DNA of 64,000 bases from Planctomycetota bacterium (GTDB lineage Bacteria; Planctomycetota; UBA8108; SXIK01): positions 6,912,001 through 6,976,000 of the forward strand of contig CBDCXR010000004.1 of assembly GCA_965223845.1 (NCBI GenBank), read 5' to 3'. The notes beneath the pieces are model-generated. The model saw only the letters and a list, made by a program, of their open reading frames with translations. It was not told the origin of the DNA and did not search any database. Positions 27,201 to 34,877 of the stretch are shown one piece after another. Every line of letters begins with the position of its first letter. Within the stretch, counting starts at the first letter, position 1. The translations under genes were made by a program, and so were the position numbers.

Positions 27201-28163
27201 TCCGTTCGTGTCCGCCGCGACCAGGTTCGACGCGTCGCTGTCGAACCCGACCCAGCGCCCGTCGTCGCTGATGCGTACATTCGTGCTCGCGCCGTTCCCT
27301 TCCGCGCCTCGGAGCCCCACGCTCACGCGCTCGACGACGCCGGTACCGCGGCGGTAGAGATAGATGTCCGAGGCGCCGTTGGTGTCGCCGGCGACGAAAC
27401 TGCTCACCGTCGACTGGAACGCGACGAGCTTCCCGTCTCCGCTGACGCGCGGCGCGGAGCTGTCGCCGTTCGGCTCCCGGCCCGCGCCGATCGGCGGAAC
27501 CTCGAACGCGTTTCCCCGGTCGAGCGTACGGGTGAGATCGCGGACGAAGATGCGCTGGCGCTTCGCGATCCCCTGGTCGGCGTCGAGATCGCTTGCGGCC
27601 GAGTCGAAGACGACGGTGGTTCCGTCCGCCGAGATCGCCGGCCGACTCGAGGCCGCGTCCGCCGCCGTCGCGTCGCCATCCGACTGACTGAGGAGGAACA
27701 ACACCGGTCCTGCTGCGCCGGTCGCGTCGCGGAGGAAGATGTCGCTCGAGCCGTTCGCATCGGTTCGCGGCGGCGCGAGATTGGTCGCCTGACTTTCGAA
27801 GACTAGGCGCGTGCCGGCGTCGTCGATCGACGCGTGAACGCTCGCGCGATTCCCCTTGGTCGCGCCCCGCGCGCTCGCGATTACGAGCGTCCCGCCTTCC
27901 GCGAGGAGAATGTCCGAGATCGCGTCGGCATCCGTGCGGAGGAGATTGGACGCGATCGTTTCGAAGGCGATCGTGTCACCGGCGGCGTCGACCGTCGGCC
28001 CGATCGACGCGCCATTGCCGAAGTTGCCGCCCGGGACACCGCTCACGAGCGAGTAGTTCTGGCCGATCGCGTCCGTTTGACCGAGCAGGACCGCGAGCGC
28101 GAGCGCCGAGGCGGCGATCGAGCGGCGAGTTCGAGTGGTTGCGGCGGAGCGGTGGAGCGGCAT
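24258..28163 (-). CDS. Large secreted multi-domain protein: TolB/PD40-like propeller, further propellers, FN3-like, IPT/TIG-like and dockerin-like tag
   Basis: GAAAGG SD before ATG 28163, with TACAAT -10 at 28204-09. Signal peptide; repeats DANGSSDIFL, DTNGASDIYL, DTNGIGDVFV and DTNGAFDVYI; ISADG motifs; DSDGDGILNGAE; PRITSIDPSSGP; C-terminal FDRGDVNND...IADSVYIL. Confidence 0.8.
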   Translation of the reverse strand: MPLHRSAATTRTRRSIAASALALAVLLGQTDAIGQNYSLVSGVPGGNFGNGASIGPTVDAAGDTIAFETIASNLLRTDADAISDILLAEGGTLVIASARGATKGNRASVHASIDDAGTRLVFESQATNLAPPRTDANGSSDIFLRDATGAAGPVLFLLSQSDGDATAADAASSRPAISADGTTVVFDSAASDLDADQGIAKRQRIFVRDLTRTLDRGNAFEVPPIGAGREPNGDSSAPRVSGDGKLVAFQSTVSSFVAGDTNGASDIYLYRRGTGVVERVSVGLRGAEGNGASTNVRISDDGRWVGFDSDASNLVAADTNGIGDVFVRDLVAGTTERVSVDSDGGEISATRAARTISLRDISADGRFVAFATDIAVDAIDTNGAFDVYIRDRVLGTTTPLARIPGGIGDAATTDASLNRDGTSAALASAAENLAGPTGGVRQIFQVDLVPGAAAIEPPMDGIVFADASALRQLSPDGDVTDNSFAIPAGTEAAFAVEESNVLWVALSQGTVQRLRASDLSLVDRAPLATFPLNTLHHLAASRGVAWVAHDGAVTRVTATGVDGRLQLRTTPARATLALDPFGSLWFGTDHTTTFALRKLTRTLSVQHVFTFRIGGEFAEQVDQIAAGPRGDLFARSSAELVRLSRAGGIVWRRAIRGDGLAIDGVGNSFVISGDDIVGFDPAGARFLRRAHGGSLDRTGHLMFDGRGRVHALLEGGTAISRIDPAAERLDVRLAVPRVLADQLHGDGSGFPAASVSARRFDSDGDGILNGAETNAVFSPFDPLDPPPAERLPPVLAFDARAAGDTIELRWTSPIAFRQLYILRNGRQLRGSPFPFDENPSGFRDTGVPGGTHTYRVIGQGVTDGGAGGIEFDEDEIEEPFSLPSESQVSIGEGAIEDETPLDIAPDAVAFREATGEIIVALSGGELLFFDGNLDLADAALLPDDPFAATQVRGLAVDPADSNRLFLLLADGRIFARLGAADPAPFIDLPEPPDPAGYSGLAIRDDLFFALGGPGVECLIGFRIEDGAPDVDESLSANLGMLIDHSIGVARFPVDNTLLVGVGAPGTTTITEIRKLDTDFGDGGATTPLGGLGSDDIADFAYIPGGSVAVIDRSAKRLVVVDSGLPAAPRITSIDPSSGPWDEEQSVVITVDNLGAAVSDVWVGFDDVEVEIQDFDAGAGTVTVLAPQIDTQREIDVRVENSLGFDIAPIGYIYGFDRGDVNNDRSFDISDAIAGLLYLFGDGTEPPCRDAADADDSGEIDIADSVYILEFIFEDGPPPLPPSSPVSFGVDPTADDEVCGLE

Positions 28164-28490
28164 GACGGCCTTTCGACGCGGGGAAGTCTCCATCGTACCG
28201 GCGATTGTACGTCGGGCTGCGCCCTTGCGGCAGGGCCGGGGACGGAAGGGGCACCGGTGCGGTCTTTGTTCGCGTGAGAGACGACGCGTGCACCCCGCGA
28301 GGTCTCTCTACCAGTCGGGGGAGATTCCCGCCGGGTCGGCTCACCGGGTCGTGGTGGTTCTTCTCGATTTCCCGCCCCCGCCTCGACGGCGCGGTTGATC
28401 CGAGCGCCGTGTGTCGTCAGAGTGAGTCGTTCGCGGCTTGGCGGGCGCATTCGCTCGCGCGCAAACGGACCGGTGAATGAGGAGACCGAA

Positions 28491-29696
28491 GTGAGCGAGA
28501 CCGAAGGCTTTTCCTTGGCGGCGGTTCAGGCGGCAGTTCAGGCGGCCGGGGTCGACGGTTGGCTCTCGTACGACTTTCGCGGGAGCGATCCCATCGCGCG
28601 GAAGATCCTCCGCCTCGAGGGCGGTCGGCCGTCGACCCGTCGCTGGTTCTACTACGTTCCGGCCGACGGGGAGCCCGTGCGCATCGTCCACGGCATCGAG
28701 CCCGCGAAGCTCGACTCCCTCCCCGGGCGGTCGGTTCCGTACGTGAGCTGGCCGTCGCTCGAAGATGCGCTCCGCAGCGCGCTCGCCGGGGCGTCGACGG
28801 TCGCCATGCAGTACTCCCCGCGCGGTGAGGTGCCGTACGTCTCGAAAGTCGACGCGGGTACGGTCGAGCTCGTGCGGTCGCTCGGCGTCGAGGTCGTCTC
28901 GAGCGCGGACCTCGTCCAGGAGTTCGACGCGACCCTCACGCCCGCGCAGCTCGAATCGCACCGGCGAACCGCCGCGGTGCTGCGCTCCCTCATCGATGAA
29001 GTCTTCGGACACGTGCGCGAACGCGTCGGTAGCGGCAGCCGGCTCACGGAGCGTGATCTCCAGCTTTTCCTCATGGGCCGGCTCGACGATCACGAGCTCT
29101 TCTACGATCACGAGCCGATCATCGCGGTCGACGAGAACGCGGCCGATCCGCATTTCGCCGTCCCCGAGGCGGATTCCGCGGAGATCCGCGATGGCCGTCT
29201 TCTCCTCGTCGACGTTTGGGCGAAGGAGAAGGCGCCGAAGAGTATCTACGCCGATATCAGCTGGACCGCATTCGTCGGCGCCGAGGTCCCCGAGGAAGTC
29301 GAGAAGGTCTTTCGCGCGGTGATCGCCGCGCGCGACGCGACGATCGCCCGCGCCCGCGAAGCGTTTCGTTCGGGAACGCCGGTACGGGGATTCGAGCTCG
29401 ACCGAGCGGCGCGCGAAGTGATCGACGCGGCGGGTTACGGCGAGTTCTTCATCCATCGAACGGGCCACTCGATCCACGAGGAAGGCCACGGTAACGGCGC
29501 GAATCTCGACGATCTCGAGACGCACGACACGCGTCGGATGATGCCCCGGACGCTGTTCAGCGTCGAACCGGGCATCTATCTCCCGGGCCGCTTCGGGATC
29601 CGGAGTGAGGTCGATGTCTACCACACCGGGAGCGACGCCGAGGTGACGGGCCCCCCGCACCAGACCGAAATCGAGGCCTTGCTCGCCGGGGCCTGA
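28491..29696 (+). CDS. M24 family Xaa-Pro aminopeptidase
   Basis: GAGGAG SD before GTG 28491. Metal-site motifs ADPH, LVDVW, YADIS, HRTGHSI, SVEPGIY and GIRSE. Confidence 0.92.
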   Translation: MSETEGFSLAAVQAAVQAAGVDGWLSYDFRGSDPIARKILRLEGGRPSTRRWFYYVPADGEPVRIVHGIEPAKLDSLPGRSVPYVSWPSLEDALRSALAGASTVAMQYSPRGEVPYVSKVDAGTVELVRSLGVEVVSSADLVQEFDATLTPAQLESHRRTAAVLRSLIDEVFGHVRERVGSGSRLTERDLQLFLMGRLDDHELFYDHEPIIAVDENAADPHFAVPEADSAEIRDGRLLLVDVWAKEKAPKSIYADISWTAFVGAEVPEEVEKVFRAVIAARDATIARAREAFRSGTPVRGFELDRAAREVIDAAGYGEFFIHRTGHSIHEEGHGNGANLDDLETHDTRRMMPRTLFSVEPGIYLPGRFGIRSEVDVYHTGSDAEVTGPPHQTEIEALLAGA

Positions 29697-29912
29697 GACC
29701 GTGGCCGCGGGATGCGAGCCGGGAACTGCGGGGCACGAATCCGGCCGCGCGTCGGCCGGCCGTTCGGGCGGGAGGGCGGCCTTTCAGCGGCGACCGTGGG
29801 GCCCGAGTCCCTGACCGTGTCCGTCGACCGGCCAATCCCGCCCTAAGAAACCGGCGCCCGGCACCGTCTCGAAGGGTGGACAGTCGTTCAATCCCAGCTG
29901 GAAACGACCTCA

Positions 29913-30449
29913 GTGACCGATCGAGAGCTCCTGGACCGCTACCGCGGCGGTGACATCTCGGCGTTCGACGCTCTGATGGCCCGCTTCGAGGGACCGCTCC
30001 TCCGCTTCGTGTCGCGTTACCGCGCACACGCCGCGCAGGATCTCGTCCAGGAGGTATTCCTCCGCCTCATCCGCGAATCGGATTCCGGCGGTCTCGCGGA
30101 GGTGAACAACCTCTCGGCCTGGCTATATCGGGTCGCTCGCAACCTTGCGATCGACGACGCGCGGAAGGAGGAGCGCATGGAAGCGAGACATCAGTTCGCG
30201 GCGGCACCGGAGGCGCAGCCTGCGTCGTCGGTCTCCGTCGAAACGAAGGAGATCGCCGAAGTGGTGACCGAGAAGATCCTCGGTCTGCCGCAGAAGCAGC
30301 GCGATGTCCTGGTGCTCAAGCTCCAGGAAGAGCGGAGCTACAAGGAGATCAGCGCGATCACCGGGCTGACGGTCTCCAACGTCGGCTACCTCATCCACCA
30401 GGGGCTGAAAGGACTCGCCGGAGAACTCAAGCGAGCGGGCGTCGTTTGA
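29913..30449 (+). CDS. ECF sigma-70 factor
   Basis: AQDLVQEVFLRL, AWLYRVARNLAID and SYKEISAITGLTVSNV. Confidence 0.92.
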   Translation: MTDRELLDRYRGGDISAFDALMARFEGPLLRFVSRYRAHAAQDLVQEVFLRLIRESDSGGLAEVNNLSAWLYRVARNLAIDDARKEERMEARHQFAAAPEAQPASSVSVETKEIAEVVTEKILGLPQKQRDVLVLKLQEERSYKEISAITGLTVSNVGYLIHQGLKGLAGELKRAGVV

Positions 30450-30540
30450 TCGCCCGAAGCGGGCAGTTTGGCTTAGGACGAAACGAGCGACAACGAACTC
30501 GAGCCCGAAAGGGAGCGGCACCCCGAAAGGGAGAACTACG

Positions 30541-33500
30541 ATGACGACCGAACGAAACGAGCCGTCGGGCGACGAGCGCCCTGCGGACTGCGAACGCCTG
30601 AACGAGAACCTGAGCGCTTGGGTGCTCGGCGAGAGCGAGTTCCTCAGCTCCGAGGAGGCGAGCGAGATCGAGGCGCACGTCGCATCGTGCGATGCGTGTC
30701 GAGACGAGGTCGACCTTCTGCGCCGGACGGTGGCCGTCGTCGCCGCGACGGCTCCGGCGGACGGTGCGCTCGAGGGAAGCCGCCGGAGCGCGGTGTTGAC
30801 CGACGCGGCCAAAGCTGTCAGCGCTGCGGCGGGAACTCCGCCGGGAGGACCCGGCAGTGTCATTCTCTGGCGATTGAGTCTTCTCGCGGCTGCCGCCGTG
30901 CTGGTCGGCTGTCTCGTCCCGTTCCTCGCTCCCGAGGAAGGAGGCGACGACGCAATCGAGTCGGGAATCTCGCTGTCGGCGAACGCGAAGCGCGACGCGG
31001 CGAACGTCGAGGTCGACGTCGACGCGGCGCCGCCGGAGCTGGCGGTCGCGACCGCGCGACCGGCGGCGACGGATGAAGAGCGCCGGGCCGCGAACTTCGA
31101 AGAAGAGAGCGAATCGATCGCGGGGCCGAGCAGCGGCGGCGTTGCGGCTCGCCCTGAGCGCAGCTCCCGCGTCCGGGCGAGGGGCACCAGTGCGCTCGTC
31201 GCAGAGTCCGGCTCGGAAGCCAATCAGCTCGCCGATCGTACTCTGGCGGCGCGTGGCGGCCTCGCCCCGGCCGATGCCGGGGAGACGCAGCTCAGCGAAG
31301 AGTCCGTATTTCGCGACTATGCGGGAGCGGAGCTCGTGCTCGAGGGCGCCGTTCCCACGAATGACGACGGAGCGGGCGCATCCTCCGCTCGGCCGGGATT
31401 CGGGGCCGCGACACCGACGCCGGACGCGGCGAGTGCGGGGGGAGGGATCGCGGGCTCGGGACGCGATCCGAACAAGGCCCTCAAGCTCTCCGAGTCGGTC
31501 GAACTCTACAAGACCGTCATCGATCAGTCGGTGGATGCGTCGACGCTCGCTCGGTCTCCCGAGCGCGGTGAAGAACTGGCGAGGCTCGCGGGAATCGAGG
31601 CGAATCGAGGCGCCTACCGGCGAGCGAACGAGGCCGCACGCGAATCCGTCGAGAATCTCCACAGGCTCGATGGCAAGCAGGCTCCGCGTTTTTCCTCGAA
31701 GTGGGCGGCCGACAGGCGAGCGCTGATGGGCGATCGAGAGGTGGAGCTCGCCAAAGCGGAGCTCGAGACGAAAACTCGGCTCTTCCTCCACACAAACGGG
31801 AAGGCCTCGCGGGAGGAAGCGGACTCCGGTGTGGTGAGCGATAAGGATTTCTATTATGCGCTCGCGACGGGGTCTCCGCAGCCAGAGGCCGAGCGTGCGA
31901 GAAAGAGAGCGAAGTCTGCCTCGAAGAAGCGGAACGCTGAGCAGCTCGCCGGTGAACCGGAGTTCGCGGGGAGGCAGAAGTCGATCACCTCTCTCAATTC
32001 TGCCGTCCGTCGCCGCGTGGAGTCCCGCGGGCGCACGGCCGACGGCGCCGAGGTCGCCGACGCCCTCCGCGCTGCCGCGGACGCGGCTGCACGCACGGCG
32101 GCGCCGACCGCGACGGAAGAGACGCGCGGACAGGCGAATGAGACCGCGGTGCCGAACGCCCAGCAACAGGGACAGCAGCAGGCGGCAAAGGAGCCCGTGT
32201 CCGCGTTCGCCGGTAAGCCGCTCGGCGAGACCGCATCTCAGCCCGCCGAAGCGGAAGCGGTCGAGGGCATCGCGGACAGTCTGGCGGTGGATGGCGAGCC
32301 GGGCGAGGACGCCGTCTCGGCGAGTGAGGGGACCGCCGCCGAGGAGCCGGCGAAGCGCGCGACGGTGGCAGCCGTTTCCGCTCCCGCTCCCGTTCAGGAG
32401 GTGACCGGCGCGCGGGCGGCGACTCCGGCGAGCGGAAGCACCGAAACGAAGCCGGTCGTCGACGCGAAGGCGCTCGTCGACGAGTTTTGCCGCCGGATCG
32501 CGCCGCGCTCCGGGGAAGCGCCCGATCTCATGTTCTTCCGCTACTGGGGAACGAATCCGTTCGTCGAGGCGATCGTCGATCCGCTCTCGACGTTCGCCGT
32601 CGACACGGACTCGGCGAGCTACACGCTTCTTCGAAAGTACCTCATGGACCGTGGGCTGCTCCCGCCGACCCAGGCGATTCGTACCGAGGAATTCATCAAC
32701 TACTTCCGCAATGGCTACGAACCGCCGAGCGGAGGCGACGCGTTCGCGATCCACACCGAGATGGCGCCGAGCCCCTTCGGTCACGAGCCGGAGTATCAAC
32801 TCCTCAAGGTCGGGATCAAGGGACGCGAGGTGAGCCGCGACGAGCGGAAGGGAAGCTCACTCGTCTTCGTCGTCGACACGTCGGGTTCGATGCGGCGCGA
32901 GAATCGTCTCGAGCTCGTCAAGGACGCGCTTCGGCTCCTCGTGAAGGAGCTCGACGAGGGCGACTCGATCGGCATCGTCGCATTCGATCGCGAGTCGCGC
33001 GTCGTTCTCGAACCGACGCCGGCCGATCAGCGAGAGAAGATCCTGAACGGGATCGGCCTCCTCGAGTCGCGCCGGAACACGAACGTCGACGCCGGACTGC
33101 GCGCGGGCTACGCGATGTCCGAGAAGGTGTTCGATGCGAACGCCAACAATCGCGTGATCCTCCTTTCCGACGGTGTCGCGAACACCGGCGTCACCGATGT
33201 GAACGGCATGCTCGAGAACACGAAGGCGCAGCGCGCGAAGGGGATCTACCTCACGTGCGTCGGCGTCGGCATGGGGAACCACAACGACACCCTGCTCGAG
33301 CAGCTCGCCGATCGCGGAGACGGTCAGTGCGTCTACGTCGATCGCATCGAGGAAGCGCGCAAGGTGTTCGTCGAGAGCCTCGTCGGAACACTCGAGACGA
33401 TCGCCCGCGACGTCAAGATCCAGGTCGAATTCGACAAGGAGAAGGTGATCCGCTACCGTCTCCTCGGCTACGAGAACCGCGCGATCGCCGACAGCGCCTT

Positions 33501-34095
33501 CCGCGACAACACAGTCGACGCGGGCGAAATCGGCGCCGGCCACGAAGTGACCGCTCTCTACGAGCTCAAGCTCTCGCCCGGAGCGAACGGCAAGCTCGCG
33601 ACGGTGCGCGTCCGTCATCTCAAGGTCGACGACGGCTCGGCGGTCGAGGTCGAGCGTCTCGTCGACGATGCGAGCCGCCGGGGGACGATCGCCGACTCGT
33701 CTGCGCGCTTCCGTCTGAGCGCTTACGTCGCGGAGTTCGCGGAGGTCTTGCGCGACAGCTACTGGGCGCGGGGGAGTGATCTCAGTCGCGTCGCCGGTCT
33801 GACGCGGGATCTCCTCGCCGACGTTCCGGGGGCGCTCGGACCGGATCCGGAAGTCGCGGAGCTCGTCGCACTGATGCTGCGCGCGGCACCGCTCGTCGAA
33901 AAGCGCCACGCGGGTCACGGCGAGGTAGCGGAGGTCATGGACGCGCTCCGCGAGAATACTTACCACCGCACCCGGGCCGAGCAGGTCCAGAGCGAAGGTG
34001 AGCAGCGCGCTGAGTATCTCGAAGAGATCCAGCGCCAGAACGAGCAGCTTCGCCGGCGGCTCGAGAGTCTGATCGAGCAGTCTTACCGTCAGTAG
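30541..34095 (+). CDS. Zinc-finger (ZAS) anti-sigma factor fused to a YfbK-like von Willebrand A module
   Basis: HVASCDAC (HxxxCxxC), one TM helix and a long A/E/S-rich linker. The vWA module shows STFAVDTDSASY, IRTEEFINYF, MIDAS DTSGSM, LSDGVAN, and DUF3520-like YRLLGYENR and DAGEIGAGH. Confidence 0.88.
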   Translation: MTTERNEPSGDERPADCERLNENLSAWVLGESEFLSSEEASEIEAHVASCDACRDEVDLLRRTVAVVAATAPADGALEGSRRSAVLTDAAKAVSAAAGTPPGGPGSVILWRLSLLAAAAVLVGCLVPFLAPEEGGDDAIESGISLSANAKRDAANVEVDVDAAPPELAVATARPAATDEERRAANFEEESESIAGPSSGGVAARPERSSRVRARGTSALVAESGSEANQLADRTLAARGGLAPADAGETQLSEESVFRDYAGAELVLEGAVPTNDDGAGASSARPGFGAATPTPDAASAGGGIAGSGRDPNKALKLSESVELYKTVIDQSVDASTLARSPERGEELARLAGIEANRGAYRRANEAARESVENLHRLDGKQAPRFSSKWAADRRALMGDREVELAKAELETKTRLFLHTNGKASREEADSGVVSDKDFYYALATGSPQPEAERARKRAKSASKKRNAEQLAGEPEFAGRQKSITSLNSAVRRRVESRGRTADGAEVADALRAAADAAARTAAPTATEETRGQANETAVPNAQQQGQQQAAKEPVSAFAGKPLGETASQPAEAEAVEGIADSLAVDGEPGEDAVSASEGTAAEEPAKRATVAAVSAPAPVQEVTGARAATPASGSTETKPVVDAKALVDEFCRRIAPRSGEAPDLMFFRYWGTNPFVEAIVDPLSTFAVDTDSASYTLLRKYLMDRGLLPPTQAIRTEEFINYFRNGYEPPSGGDAFAIHTEMAPSPFGHEPEYQLLKVGIKGREVSRDERKGSSLVFVVDTSGSMRRENRLELVKDALRLLVKELDEGDSIGIVAFDRESRVVLEPTPADQREKILNGIGLLESRRNTNVDAGLRAGYAMSEKVFDANANNRVILLSDGVANTGVTDVNGMLENTKAQRAKGIYLTCVGVGMGNHNDTLLEQLADRGDGQCVYVDRIEEARKVFVESLVGTLETIARDVKIQVEFDKEKVIRYRLLGYENRAIADSAFRDNTVDAGEIGAGHEVTALYELKLSPGANGKLATVRVRHLKVDDGSAVEVERLVDDASRRGTIADSSARFRLSAYVAEFAEVLRDSYWARGSDLSRVAGLTRDLLADVPGALGPDPEVAELVALMLRAAPLVEKRHAGHGEVAEVMDALRENTYHRTRAEQVQSEGEQRAEYLEEIQRQNEQLRRRLESLIEQSYRQ

Positions 34096-34193
34096 GCGCT
34101 GCGACTATCCCCTGCCGGGCGAAGATCGCTCGATCCGATTCGCGCTCGCGCGGCTGTTCGAAGGAACAGGCGCGCGAGCGCGTTTCGATCGGT

Positions 34194-34676
34194 TCAGGAG
34201 CGTTCCCACTCGGCGTCGGTGACGTACTCGACGACTCCCGTCGCGGCGTCGAGGATCGCGACGACTTCGCCCGATCCGGAGTACGCTTCGAGGCGACCCG
34301 TCCCCCCGCGCCACTCGGCAGTCACGACGAAAAGGATGAATCTCTCGTCGAGAAACTCGTAAGTGCCTTCGTAGACGCCGGAGATCGTGGAGCCGTCGGC
34401 TGCCGTCGTCTCGAACGCGCCGACGAGCGTTCCGTCGAGGAAGAAGTCGTGGCCGCCGACTTGCGTGTAGCGACCGATGTGCGTGCCGCGACCGATCGCG
34501 ACGAAATCCTGCCGGCCGACCGGGAGCTCGGGGGTCGGATCGCGCTGGAAGATGACCTGGCCTTCCGCGCTTTCTCGATGCGGGATCGAGCTCGGTGCGT
34601 CGGCCCGCCCGGGCAGAACGGGAGCAAGCGCGGCGCACAGTCCGACGAACAGCGTGAGTCTGCGGAAAGACTGCAT
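34194..34676 (-). CDS. Small secreted beta-rich hypothetical protein
   Basis: GAAAGGA SD before ATG 34676 and a signal peptide. G-x-G-THIG and GGTGRL-x-x-x-SGSG motifs recall dirigent/AOC-like barrels. Confidence 0.65.
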   Translation of the reverse strand: MQSFRRLTLFVGLCAALAPVLPGRADAPSSIPHRESAEGQVIFQRDPTPELPVGRQDFVAIGRGTHIGRYTQVGGHDFFLDGTLVGAFETTAADGSTISGVYEGTYEFLDERFILFVVTAEWRGGTGRLEAYSGSGEVVAILDAATGVVEYVTDAEWERS

Positions 34677-34877
34677 GGCGAGTCCTTTCATTGGCGCTCG
34701 GAGAAGAGCGCGGGGTGGAAGCCGCCGCGGACGCGCCGCGCCGACCGAGGGGCAAGAGACACCTAGCCTGTGAGAAACGCGGGCTAGCCTCTCGAGCGCT
34801 GTAGTTCTTGGACCGAGGCGAGCGGCCAGGCGGGCTCGTTCGTGCGCTCGAGCCTCGAGCTCGCGGCCGATCGCGAG

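Noticed and set aside
30427-32799. 790-aa minus-strand ORF, and similar long antisense ORFs such as 28341-29660, 50031-51467 and 58761-60074
   Set aside because: They are Arg-rich or motif-free mirror frames of well-supported genes, as expected from stop-codon scarcity in high-GC DNA.
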